Shown: piece after piece, positions 38,177 through 51,700 of the stretch
Layout of the letters: the number at the start of each line of letters is the position of its first letter
Numbering within the stretch: position 1 is the stretch's first letter
NCBI GenBank assembly: GCA_963924565.1
Contig: OZ004613.1
Location: 9,982,001 to 10,046,000 of the forward strand
Source of the DNA: Ascidiella aspersa
Taxonomy: Eukaryota
Direction: 5' to 3'
DNA length: 64,000 nt
Translations under genes and position numbers: made by a program
The notes under the pieces: generated by a model
The model's database searches: none
What the model was told of the DNA's origin: nothing
Seen by the model: only the letters and a program-made list of their open reading frames with translations

Positions 38177-41100
38177 GGGATAAGCTGCTAGTCAAGTCGC
38201 TTGTAACCAAAACATATTTACCTAAAATTAAAAGGCGGGCCCAGTTATAAATTTCCGCCTAAGCATAAACATGTTCGATTTAAATCGTCGCTTTCTTCCG
38301 TTTGAACAATAAAACTCAATCGGACTTTGTGATTGCAATTCGTCGTTCAGTTTTAATCTAAGGCGTAACTGCCAACGTCCTGCGCCACCAGGCACAAGTC
38401 TATTGTGACGTCACAAAAGTAAAACAATCGACGCGCCGGTGCATGGCGGCGAAAGCGTTACAAAATATGCGATTACTGCAATTGCCTTGACTTGGCTGTC
38501 GTTCGTATCTCCGTCGGAACCCCGAGAATTACATTTATCACGTATTGTTTTTAAATTTTTTTGTTTGCTTAAAGATTTAAGAAAAAACACTCAAGTTTTC
38601 AAACTAAAAAGCCACGGTATTATACTTACTCTAACGTTCATACCAGAACGCGTATACAAAGTGCTTACATTGTAATCAAGCTTTTTTTATGATTTACCAT
38701 CATTAAAACTATTTAAGGTAATGTGATTCGGCAAGTGTAATTCGTAAGGAATTTAATGATGTTACGCAGACCATTCAATGCTTTCTCATTGGCCCAAATT
38801 TGTGTTATGTCAATTAATAAAGTCTTTGAAAACGTGAGGTATATTTTACAGTCTTTTCTTTTTTTGTAGTCGACATAATTTGTTTTGCACGTTTTGTGAC
38901 AAACTGTTATGTTGGTATTTACGCAGAGAGGCTTTTAACTGGCGTATATAGCCATGCCGGTTCAAAAATAAAGACTAATTCTGCACTTGTCAGCGTAATT
39001 AAAGCCGAAACGGCAATAGTTTCATAAGTGTGTTTATAATAGTACCTATATTGGCCTGTTTCTGTTTTATTTGTTTATTTAAGACTTTTGCACAAACACT
39101 TGTATTTTTGATCGATGTGCCGCACATTTTCGTAAAAAACGTGTAGTTCATTAGTTTATTCTTCCTGTTTAATTTGCAACATTATAGTTATATATGATAA
39201 ACTATGTTCAACTTAACCATATTTTCTTTTTATCCTCGACCTATTTTTACATTCATGAAACTAATGTCACCTTTACTCTTTTTGTAACAAGCATCGGCCG
39301 ATTTAAGTTATATTTAGTTTTTACTTCTGGTTACCCGTTTAAGAGGCTTAACGTGAATTTAAATTAACGCTAAATTAAGATAAAAAAATCCTTTGTTTTC
39401 CATTTGAAAAAACAAGATTCCTTCGTTATTGTAATAAATAATTTATTTTTAGTCTCATCATGCCTCAAAGTAAATATTTATTTTTTAAGGTTTTATTGTC
39501 AAACTTTTAACGCAAACGTTTAAGGTCGATCATAAACATTTTTTTGGCAAAATAAAATAATGAAAAGTCAATATCAAACAGGCGTTTTTTTATTTATTAT
39601 TAAATGAATATTTTTGTAATTATAGCTGTGATCCGTAAGAAACAAACTGAAAAGTAAACGTCTCTTCGATAAAAAAGCAGAACTGTAAATACAAAATAAA
39701 CGTTAATTTAAATACTAAATGCGATTCTATATGCGGATTATTCCGCTAAAAAATCTCTGCAAGAGTTATAGCTTTAAACAGACAAGCGCACGTATTCCAT
39801 TGATCTGTCGAATTAAGAGTCGATTCGCGTTTCCCGCTTGTTGTCGTGATGAGGCGAACGAGAATCAACTATTTTTGCTAATCTTCTTCATCTGGTAAAA
39901 GTCGAAATCGCCGCGGACGCGTAATTCCCCCCTCACTCTGACGTTTACACATTCAATATTACAAGTACTTCGTGATAGCTTATCACTTGTCCGTCTGGAA
40001 TGGAGTTTGATTCCAAAACTTGCGCTATAAATAAAAGCGCATACGAATTCCATTCGTTTATGATTTAAACACAGTGGCGCTTCTAAGCCGGCCCATCCCG
40101 CTTTCGAATCCCGTGACATTAAAGCGCAGTCTATTCTTATTACAGTGCGGGCACCTTTTCTAATTAGCTGTTCATGTTTTTTCTACTCGAAATAACTGAC
40201 CAATATTTTGGGTTGACGCAAGGTGCAGCAATGGCGTAACTTCAACGCATGGCGCAATACACCCGAGCAGGGTGTTTGCAAAAACTTAACAATCGGAGAT
40301 AATAAACCTTCTAAAACAAAACAGCATTACAAAAAAATAATTCTTGATTAAAACGATTTACTCATTAGTTTTTTGTTTGCGGACTTTGAACGATTTTTGG
40401 AAAGACTAGTTGGCAGTTATTTCCTAAAAAGTTCCTTTTGGCAAGATTATTGAAGGATTAATGCCTGAAAAGCTACATGTAACATATTAGGCGAGTTTGA
40501 CGACTGGCGTAAAATAACTTGATTGCATTTGCGTATCAATTAGTGCTTAACGAGTTCTAAATCGCTTGTAATTTAAATGGAACTATGCGGGGCCCACCAA
40601 GCGATCAATTTGCACTTTTTAATCTGTCTGCTCGTGGGCATATTCAATTTTAATTTTTCTTGCAACTGTTTCGCGGAACCGAAAAACCGTTTTCCCACAG
40701 CCCGAAGGCTAAATTTAGCTGCTCAAGATAAACAAGTGTGTTTATTGGCTGCGCGCGGTCGGTCGTTTTAAGGAGGGTCGCTTTTCGTTTTGGTCAAAAA
40801 ACGCCAAATAAAGAACGCGAAATCACCACGGCGCAAAGCATTTAAGTCACCCACAGGACAAATTCAGACAACAACAAACGGTGGAAATAAGCGGTGTGAT
40901 CAATTAGACTTGCCTTCTCAAGATTTGTAAGTGGTCAGTCGAACAACCCTCTTGCCAAATAGCCATTAAAACCGCGCTGGCCAACTGCGAGACGCCCCTT
41001 CTTCAATTAACATTCTTGTTTACCGTCGCAAATTCCTCGGGCTATACCTTGGTAAGCATCAACAAACCGAAATAGACGCCCAGATATGTCGTTGGGCTAG

Positions 41101-42169
41101 AGGCGGCTTCAGGCCTCATGACACGTTTTCTGGGGGCAGCGTATGCAAAACTAAGGCAAAGGGAATTGGCGCTTGGCTATTTTAAACGCTCGGCGGTTTT
41201 AAGTTGTTATTGGCAGAAGACGGGCATAATTAAAAGGCGATTACGCCAACGTTTGGCGGCCGTTCAGAGCTTGTGTAATAGGGCGAAATTGACGTAATTG
41301 TAATTGCGCCTCTCATAATCTGCGCTATACATATACGCCGTAAATAGGCGCCGCGCTCTCGTTCGAAAAAAAGGGTAAATTGCGAGCGAATCACCATCAT
41401 CAAGGGGAATTAGCCCATACTCGGAATGCCGCGTATGAAATAATTGCCCCGTACAGGCCTAAAATCACGATTTTATTCGCTAAACTGTATTATTCCTCTA
41501 ACTCTAAACGATCTTCTCCCTTGAATCGCAACGATTAATATCGTTCTTGTAAAATTATCCCGTTCTTTAGTTTTGTGTCTTTGTGCAGACTCCACGGCAA
41601 AGCGTCAGTTTGGAGAATCTCGGTGATTTAAACCGGTTTAGGTTCGCTTTTAAAAAAATGTATTGATGGAGCAATACTCTCTTTATCTCTTTTTGTGGAA
41701 TATTATCTATCTTGTTTGCAACTCTGCAGGAAAATGCCGGTTCACGGGCAATTTATTTCGTTTGTTTTCCCAAGTTATCCTGTTTGTGCATCCTCTGTAC
41801 CGAGATAAACGATTTAAGATCCGCTAAAGTAATTTCATAAACAAACTACCTATAATTGCTCAACATCGTGACATAATATTGGCGTATGGATTTAAATTTC
41901 CCAAGAGATTTAGCACTTTGCTTGATGTAGGTTTGATTTAGCCTGAGATTTCTGTAAAGCTGTAGACCACAGTCTAATTTTAGGGCAACGGTTGATTAAC
42001 CGTGGGTGAGTTGTTACTTCCAAGTGCAAAAAGAGCAAAAAAAAAAATTTGGGATTGGTGTTATAGTGGCGTATTTTTAATTGATTCACAGTTTAATTTA
42101 AAATACCTGTTTTTAATTGTTTAAGTTTTAAGTTTTTTGCCACTTTAATTTAAATTATTAGCGTATTAT

Positions 42170-42376
42170 TAGCTTGAGAAGCGCACCGCTTTGAAAAAAA
42201 TCATTCAGCAAGGTCTTAAACTTTTAATGTAAATATGCATCTCGCCAAGTAAAATTTCAATCGGATTAAGATAAACTGATGATGCCATTTATTTATTTGG
42301 CGAAATGCATATTGACATTAAAAGTTTTAAATCTTGCTGACTGATTTTTGTTCGAAGGTGTGCGCTTCTCAAGCTA
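42170..42376. mobile_element. Fold-back insertion with minimal hammerhead-like core (Penelope-like remnant)
   Basis: ~85-bp inverted arms tagcttgagaagcgcac...gtgcgcttctcaagcta; CTGATGA-t-GCCA-loop-TGGC-GAAA-TGCA-TA at 42276-42311. Confidence 0.7.
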
Positions 42377-42596
42377 TTATCAAATTTTAGAACAGAGCTT
42401 GACCCAGGAAACGTGTTTTATGCTTAAAATTCCCCATATTTTAATTGCCGCGCACGTTCCACTGAAATGCAAAGGGAAAAAACTTCCCTGATTTTGCATT
42501 CGCACAAACAGCGCAATTTAGCAGCAATAACAACACCAGAAAGAGCCATTAATAGCGTGATCTCATCATTTCGATTTTGCGGCGCAATTAAAACGC

Positions 42597-42660
42597 GTCA
42601 CGTGACCCGAGTGGGCGTGTGTTTGTTCCTGGGGATTCCCCGCCGGCCGGCGTATAAATA
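42597..42660 (+). promoter_or_regulatory. Core promoter of the EGF-repeat gene: E-box GTCACGTGAC (42597-42606), GC-box GGGCGTG (42613-42619), kappaB palindrome GGGGATTCCCC (42631-42641), TATAAATA (42653-42660)
   Basis: Motifs read directly, in a GC-rich patch ~115 nt upstream of the ATG at 42775. Confidence 0.7.
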
Positions 42661-42774
42661 GAGCCGGGCCGGGCTGCTTCGGGCCACAACCGTTTCTCGA
42701 TCGAGCCGATCAAAATCAAGTATTCTCGTTTACGAAAGTTGAACTTCTTCACAATCGCGAACTAAAAGAGAGAG

Positions 42775-45700
42775 ATGAGAGTAGCGACAATCCTGAGCGT
42801 CGCAGTCCTGTGCTGCGCGCACCTGTCCAATGCGTATACCCCAAAGGGACCAGGTATGTTACTATTCCATTTACAAGTATCTTTTTATTCCATTTAGAAT
42901 TTTTCCAGGTGTGCCACAGGCTTGCAGGTGGCATATTTCGGGTTTTGCTGTATTTAAAACAATATTAAATATATTTTAAACGAATTTTCTTTGCAGCAAA
43001 TTAGGGATTTGCATTTTCTAATTACTCGCGTTTGATGTTTTGCTTTTAAGACGATTTACGAAAAACACAATCGTACGCTTTAACGTTTTGTTGACCGCAT
43101 TAAAATGCCCCAATATCCAGAAAAAGTTTCAAACGCAAAAACATTTTTTCAAATTTCAGAAAAAAAATTTGTTAACGTTACGACATTTTTTTTGGTGGAA
43201 AGAAAATGAACCTCTTAAACGTTTTGTTCGACTTTAAGTGAAGGGAATCGTAACTCTAATAACATGATATTCTGGCCACTCGCAAATTTTTTTTCGCCTT
43301 TTTCTCGGAAAGTTTTACGACTCCAAGCCAAACGTATTCCACTTCTGCCTTCCAACAGGTGCAAAGCCCCACCGGTGTTTCGAGGAACCCTTCCCGTGCG
43401 ACGTTAACGCCATCTGTTCCAGCACCAATGCTTCGGTCTACCGTTGCGACTGCAAGTCGGGTTTCACCGGCGACGGTTTCAGCTGCACGCGTAAGTCGCG
43501 CAAAAACAAAATAAAACAAAATTGAAAAAAAAATTCGACGATATATTTACAACAAAGAGTGATTTGTGTTTTGATTAATCGAAAACCGCAAGCAATTTCG
43601 CAAAAGAATTGCTCCTAGAATAAAAGGTTATAACGTTTAGGTATTTTTCTAATAGTTAAACGTTTAAGTGATTTTTTATAGTTAAAAACAATAAATTCGG
43701 CGGTATATCAACAACAAAAATTGATTTGTGTTAGTTTATTCAAAATCGTAAGCATTTTGTAAAATAATTGCTCCTTAGAATAAAGTATTTTAACGTTAAG
43801 GTGATATGGTTTTATACAGTTAAGGTTTTCTAGCAAGTTAATTCGTTTACAAATACATTTTAACACTTGCATGCGTAGATTTTACATATTATCTTCAAAG
43901 GCATGAAATAATGAAAATGCATAACTTTTTTCAGTGTATAGTCAGACTTTTACTCTACTTAACCCATATGGCCTAAAAATTATTGTTTTTGCCGTTTTTT
44001 GGCTCAAACTGTTCCGAAACTTGCTCAAACTCATCAAACCAAACCGTGACCCCCCAATCTTCCCGCAGCGATCGTGGTGCCGGATATTCCCCCTTCGCCA
44101 CCCATGGACCCCTGTGACCCCAGCCCCTGCGGGTCCTACTCCACCTGCACGGTCCACTACGGCCAGGCCCGTTGCGCCTGTGACGATGGATATTCTGGAT
44201 CTGGAGATGGACGCGATTGCCAAGGTAATACACTTTTTAAAGTTCTTAAGGTCCTAGTCGGTAAAGCAATTTGGCTTGAAGGGAATTATTGGCCATGTTG
44301 TCGCCTTTAAACAGGGGTTGGCAAGTGAGGCGAAAGCACAGGGGATTTGTGTGTAGTGCGAGTTATGATAAATTAAGTGGGCGCGAAATTAAAAAAATAA
44401 ACAGCCTTAAAATATGAGCTGTTGCTATATGAGGCTCTTATTAATAAGTCAGCTATAGTTGACATAAATATACGTGAGTATACCGCCTGTCTCTCATTTC
44501 ATTCTGTGTTGTTTGATTATCCCGTGTTCGTATTAGTTTAGTGCTAAAGAGTGTACCTGTATTACGCGATGTTTTAGAATTAATTTAGTAAAATGATGTG
44601 AAGTAAACAGACAACGCCTTGATAATATTCTACATTATATACATTTCATATGTAAACGCTAATGCCAGACGAAAAATTCTTAGCCATCAACACAGGATAA
44701 GCCAGTTATTCTGGTATTCTGAAAACCCAATCAGCTCAAGCAGCAATCGCAATTTGCAGGCCAAAATGTCAAATCTGCTCTGGCACGTTTGTACGTGAAC
44801 AACAATTAAAAGTATTGTACAATGATTATATTGTTCTGAGAAGTTTAACGCACTTCGTGTGACAGTGTCATAAAAAAGGCCCCTAAATTCCAGTTACTCT
44901 CAAAGCCATTGCATCGCGTATATACCGGTATACCGAAAAAGTGCACGTTGTACGTATAAGCCAAAATAGCTAATTCGTTTTATGTCGTCAATGGGCTTAA
45001 TCACGCCTATCACAAAGTATCCAGGAAAGAATAGCAACGGCATTCAAGCAATTCTAAATTTGCAGATCATCGTTCTGCTCGTGAGTTTTATTTGAAAGTG
45101 CTAAAACCGAAAGTCAATTTTTTAATAGATATTATTACCGTTTGAATGGCTTTCCGAATTAAACAATAGGTAATACAAAAGTGAAATATAGTTAAATATA
45201 AATATTTTAGTTGGATATTTATATATTATAAAACATGCGACGGCCTATTTGTTTTCCAAATTCCGCGAAAGTAAACAGTATTACCTCGCTAAGCAAATTT
45301 ATCGAAGGCATTCCTAGGTCAAAACCATCTTTTCTCAAAACGACGGTTGTTTTGTCGCCCAAGTCACTGGACATTTGTTTTTTTCACCCACAGTGGTGGT
45401 TCCCCCACGTGACCCCTGCATACCCTCCCCCTGCAGTCAGCACGCAAGTTGCGCGGTGGTCGACGAGACTGGCTACGAGTGCACCTGTAACACCGGATAC
45501 TCTGGAGACGGAAGCCAATGCACCATTGTCTGTAAGTCGGTTTGTTGATACCAACTTCTAGAAGAAAAAAATAAACTTCAAATTAAAATGCCCACGTCTG
45601 CCCCAGTCTCTGTAATTCGGTTTGCGTTTGGTATACAGCGCTGCGCCCATGAATATACCCGCTTAGGAGAGTGTAGCGTGTTTTATAACATATTTCAACG

Positions 45701-48700
45701 CTGCACAACAGTGAAAGTATGTAAGGTGAATTAATATAAATTTGTGGAATGTATTTTTATGTTAAAATGTGTGCGACATTTACACTTACAAGTTTTCCAA
45801 CGACGTATACTTTTAGATAAAAATTGTAAATTTTGAGAAAAAATACTTTTTTTGTGAGAAATAACTTCAAAATCTGTTTTCTATTAGTTGACATAAAATA
45901 TATTTGCGCAATCACTGAAACACGGGGCATACAATTGTCAGTTCGGTTCTTAGAAAGCATCTGTTTTATATTTTTGTTAAATCAATTTATCTTTATGTAC
46001 GTATATACGTTTATACTGCTAATGGGGTGCTCATTAATTGTGCTATTTTCTAATTTAAACTGCATAAGGTAGGAAATGACGTTGAAAATTATAGAATGTC
46101 GTTATAAATTTAAAATTAGTATTGTCCAATGATTCTGACTCTGCTGTTGTCTATGACAGAAAAAGCGCTTTGAATCACATTAAACGTAAATAGAATGTAT
46201 TAAAATGTAACTATATTGTGGAAATTATTAATAATGCATCAACAACAGTAATACGCCTATTGTTAAGCAACTCTTACTTTGCCGTCAATCATTTAAAAGA
46301 ACAATTTGCTTTCGAACAGTGCATTTAAATTTTGGCTAAGGCCTATTTGTAAAATGAAACAATTAGGTTACATTTACAGCGATGTTCACACGATGCTATA
46401 TTCATATCCTTATTCAAATTTATTTTAGTCGGTTCATTTTTGTTGTGATATCGCATAACAACAAACAAGGGCGCCGATAATAATGATAAAAGCGCTGATA
46501 AAACATTGTCAACCCGGAATTACAGGTACTCTAAAGCGAAACAGAACGGTAATCAGTATCAAACTACCCCAATGTTAGCGTGTAACGTCCAAGCCTTCCT
46601 TGTAATTGTAAGGCACCGCCAATACGACAGCGGGTTATTAAAACGCAGTTCGATTAAAGCATTGTCCTTTTCAGCTGACGATACGTGTGAACAGTGTCAC
46701 GACAACGCCAAGTGCTACAGGGGACCGGGCAAATGGCAGTGCGTTTGCAATCCGGGTTATTACGGCAACGGAAACGAATGTAGACGTAAGTCCTGATGTG
46801 GATTATGTTTTGTCGCGCAATTTCTGCAAGACAAGTAATACACGTTTTCTAAAAATGCCATACCGAGCTATGCACACTCTTAATTCGCGCAACTAATATA
46901 TCGCCTATATATTCACAGCGATAAGAGTACATTTTAGATTCCGGTTCGTGTATAGATAAATAGTCGGCCTCAAACAGTGTAGTGTGAGTGTATATATGTT
47001 TCGTATAGCCATGTAATCCACATGTATATATACGGTGATCAACGTAGAAGTTATCCAACAAGCACGGCATACTTATAATAATTTAAAGGATAAATTCGGA
47101 CAGGCTATTACCGAAATCAGTTGGTGTATAAGTTAACAGAGTTGCAGAGCTGGTAAGGCAAGGTCGGTAGTAACCGCGACTTGTCTGAAATACAATTCTG
47201 ATGGGACTAAATTATTTCGGTAATAGCCTTTCCGAAGGTACCCGTTAAGTGTATAGGTTTCGATTTAATTCTGTTACTGGGAAACCTGTAAATGCAACAA
47301 GAACTGCATTTTGAAAAATTTAAAATTCCGAGCTCTAATTTAGAGCCATATATTTAAAAGTTCATCTTCAACTTTGTTAAAACGGGTTTTCAGGAGTCGC
47401 AATTCGGTCCATTTAAACAGTGATTACATTCCCTTTATGTGGGAATCGAGTGTTAAACCTTCTACTTTTTGCAGCCAAAGACCCGTGCAACGGTCAGAAA
47501 TGTCCACCGAATACAAAGTGCGTTGCATCAGCCAAGTCATTCCGATGCGTGTGCAAGGATGGATACAAACAGAGCAGCAGCGGATGCCAGCGTGAGTGTT
47601 TCGCGATATTTCTTTCTGATTTTAAAGAGACAAAAGCGAATATCATAATAAAGTGTTTCCAAATTGTTTTGGTTTTTAACTTGTGTCGCTTGGTATACCA
47701 GTTAAAATATGTTTGCGGATTGTTTTCACCCCGGGTATTAAACCCTGAGTAAACAGCTGAAAAAAGGTCTGTTTGTAAAACTTCAAAATCACAAAGAGAG
47801 AAAAATTAAAATTTGCTGTCTCACTAATCATGACTAATGCGACACACAAATGTCATGGATGGCTTTAAAATGAGCTTCTCTTACTTTTATTTATATTTTA
47901 ATCTGTCGTTGGCCGTTTCTCTTTGTCCGCCAGAACGAACGTGATACTTAGGCTAACGAAATTCGTTCGAAAACAGTTTTTATTCACGAGGCATAATTGC
48001 ACTTAAAAAGCAGATTCTCGGAACGCTAAGCAGTGGCGACGCCCAGTGGCGCAATTATGTGCTTCGCGAAACCAATTAGACTTAAGCGCGATGAAACTTT
48101 CTGTTTCGAGGACCAGTGGCCAAATTCCCGTCAATAAAAAACAAAACAGATTTTCCATAGCAAGCCGCATTGCAGACACTCATTTGCATTGACGGCGGCA
48201 AACGAACATGCATTAGGCTAATTTCGCTTTTAACAGTTCACAAACTGTCTAGAAATATCAAGGGAAAACCCCACCAAACGACGCGAACTGAGTGGAAAAC
48301 GAGACAAAAAAGCGTTTGGTTGCTATATCCAACTGCAAAAATGACAAAGCAATATTGATGTTTCCATGTCCAAAACGTAGACCTCCGTTCCTAACGTTAT
48401 ATTTCAGATAACTTTAAAATATGATATCATGTTATTGCTAGTAGTGTAATAGGACAAAAGGTGCACCAAAAGGTGCAGCCTACTCTTGCAAAGAGATTAT
48501 AGTGTAAGTAAAATAAAACCTGACTTTGAACCATAATGCTTGGAGGTATAAGAAAGGTACAACAACAGAATGAACAGTTAAAACAGCGTGCTCGATATGT
48601 ACGTTGACGTGCCGAAAGAAGCAAACTCAAATGCTAATAATATTTTAATATTCCAAAATAAATAGTATTTTGCTTTATGTCCTTTAAAAAAACGATTTTT

Positions 48701-51700
48701 TTGGCAGCAATAAATGTCTGCGCCCGTGTCCTGTGCCCGGAAAACAGCATCTGCAAGCCGAGTGGCAATGGACACATTTGCCAGTGCATCGACGGTTACA
48801 TCCAGACACCCCAAGGCTGCAAGAGTGAGTGGCGCCTTTTGGAATACATTATAAATTATGCGTTGCCTTTCTCTTTTATTTACGTCCAGAAACTTTGTTT
48901 CAATAGAGTTTATTTTGTCACACATAAAATTTCAAAGCATTTTAGCCTGCTTTGCCAGTATTACTGATCGACGGATATGGTGAGTCTGCGATGGCTTTTC
49001 GTGTACTATGATACGCAAGCCACGATCGTCGGCCAAAAAGCCGCTTCCTAGGGGCTAGATCACAGCTGTTGAACACATATGCGTTTGTATCTTTCTATAG
49101 TTAAGGTTATAAGTTGACTCCTGTTATCAGAGGTGTTACTCAGACACTGTTTTTGTAGCTTTAATAAGGGTTATCGTAATTTTACAAATCAAAAATCATT
49201 TGACAAGCCCATGAGAGAAAGGTACTCTAGCCCTCCCAAATCACCGTGGCCCTTCCCCCAGCTATATGGTCTCACATGTCTCAACTCTAGCTAATTGCAC
49301 CCTTGTCCCGAAAGTTAGCTTTGATTAAAGCGCCCCACGGCCAAGTCACTATACCACGTCTTACCCGCGCCTGCTGTTAGGCTACAAATTCCCACAGGCC
49401 AACCTCTCGCGTGGACTGTCCACTGGCCTTGAGCGATCACGAACGGCGGAAATCACAGGTCGTTATTTGGGGGACGGTGCCAACGCGTGACCGTATATGC
49501 TGGCCTATGACTTCCAATGGTCGGTTAAGGCTACCGACCCCTAGTATTCTGAACATAGGTCAGCCTTAATTGAAACTTTACTTTTTGTCGTTGTCCTGGT
49601 TGAGCAACCGTTTGAAGAATTTGTGTCGCGTATCGTCTATTGTTGCTTTTTACTGTTGATGCGTACCACCTGGTTAGCCAATTTATTTCAAATTTAACTA
49701 TGTAGAAAAAACTGAAACATCGCCAACACTAAATATAGCAACAAGAAATATTACAGGTCCATTCAACACCGTTAAACGAGAAACACCACGCCTGTATGTA
49801 CAATAATGTACTGTAGCCATCCCTAATAACTTCTGAAAATCAGTTAAACGGCTCTTTCTTTTGTCAATAATTGAGCATTGGTTTGACGAACGGTTTTGTG
49901 TGATTTTCTGGCAGCCAAGCCGAACGCCTGCTACAATAGCAAGTGCCCAGACAATTCGGAATGCGAACCTTTGAACAAGAAGGGCTACAGATGCGTCTGC
50001 AAAAGCGGTTTCGTAAAGGGCAGATACGGCAGATGCATACGTAAGCTTAACCTGTGAATTCTAACCTCGGATTATCTGTGTACGTTTGGTTTTATGTCAA
50101 TTTCCAAGCTGAAAAGCATCTTTAGCGTGTTTAAGTACAGCTAAATTTATCTGTGCGTGATACTTTGGAGTTTGGTTAAGATTCAGAATCACCAAACGTT
50201 TTGCGTTTAAGTTTCAATAACAAAGCTAGTTTTTTAGCTCAGTGTTGTAATGACTTAAATCAATTACTTGATTTACGTGCATTGTCACTGTTTTCAAATA
50301 ACTTGACTTGACTGAAGCATTTTAGACAAATGATTTGGGTTAAATGAAGTATTTTTACTAGGCCTTTTCTTTGAAAAAATTATTTATCTCATTGCTTGCA
50401 CATAAAACAATTTGCTTGCTATACGTTGCTTTTATAATATATTTTTCTCGAGGTATTTCCCATAATCGGACTGAAACGTGTTATTTTTATGACCAGGACT
50501 TGAGTTGAAATTGACTTGCTCTAATTATAAATTGACTGGGACTTGACTTGCTTTATTGAAAAACACATGATATGATTTGTTTAGAACACGGCTTCAGCTT
50601 GTCAATCAACACAAATTCCCCTTAAAAAGCGTCTCCTAAATTACTTTTTTTTAAATATAGTGTACAGTGTACACCACTTACTGGGCCCCGATTAAGGGCT
50701 GACCCATACCATAGATTATATTGTATCTTGAGTAAAATTTACCCCTTTTTCAGTCGTGGTTTAATCGCTTTGTTAACAATGTTTCGGTTAACCCTTTTAG
50801 CCTAATGATCTCAAATGACAGAACTATACCTTAATTTGCATAATATATAGGTTTTGAAATAAAAAGCAAGGCCTAAACAAACGTTTAACAAAAACAAATT
50901 GCTACAGCCTCCGACCCGTGCCATGGAAGAAAGTGCCCGGTCAACTCGGTATGCCAGGCCTGGGGTAAAGGATACAAGTGCGTTTGCAAAGAAGGATTCG
51001 TGAAGCGAAACGGAGCCTGCCGGGGTGAGTTACCTTTGTCTTTTGCGCATATAGGTAGGCAATTCTAGCTTGTTGGGATTTCTGTGTAAAACTGATGAAG
51101 GTTATATAAAGGCACCTAATATTTTATTGCCTGAACACGATATTATGGAGTGGAATATACGGTGTCCGATCCACCACAAATCACTCTAACACGAAAGTTA
51201 GGTCAATAAAAATAAAAAAATGATAAGTGTAAATGCCAAACTTAACTATATATACGTTTTAAATCTGTTTAATACCGTTGATATCAGACGTAAAAATTAT
51301 AACATACCAATTGTTGCTTTCACAGCGAGCGACCCTTGTCATGGCCGAAGTTGCCCCCCAAATTCGATCTGCCAGGCTAACGGAAAGAATGGATATCGGT
51401 GCGTTTGCCAGGACGGATACGTGAAGACCGCATACGGATGCAAACGTAAGTGTACAAGCTCAATGGCGTAGACAGCCGCAAAATTTTTTTTTTGGGGGGT
51501 GCAAAAAGTTTGAACTATTTTGTTTAGCCTTTGCCATTGTATGAACTGCCGAATCGAACAAAAACAAATATTCTAGCAAACCGTTTCAAGCAGAAACTGA
51601 CTGAGCTTTAACGCAATACTCAAAAACCATTTAAAGACTAAAAAGTAGTAAAACCACATTACTAAATATGGCAAACGTAATAATAACTACATCGTTTGTG

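Noticed and set aside
42909-42927. Micro-exon (GVPQAC) in intron 1 of the EGF gene that could supply the missing cysteine
   Set aside because: 19 nt with a weak donor; breaks frame with the 43359 acceptor.
51092-51125. Additional CTGATGA with a short stem (also at 61751)
   Set aside because: No GAAA after the stem and no fold-back context.
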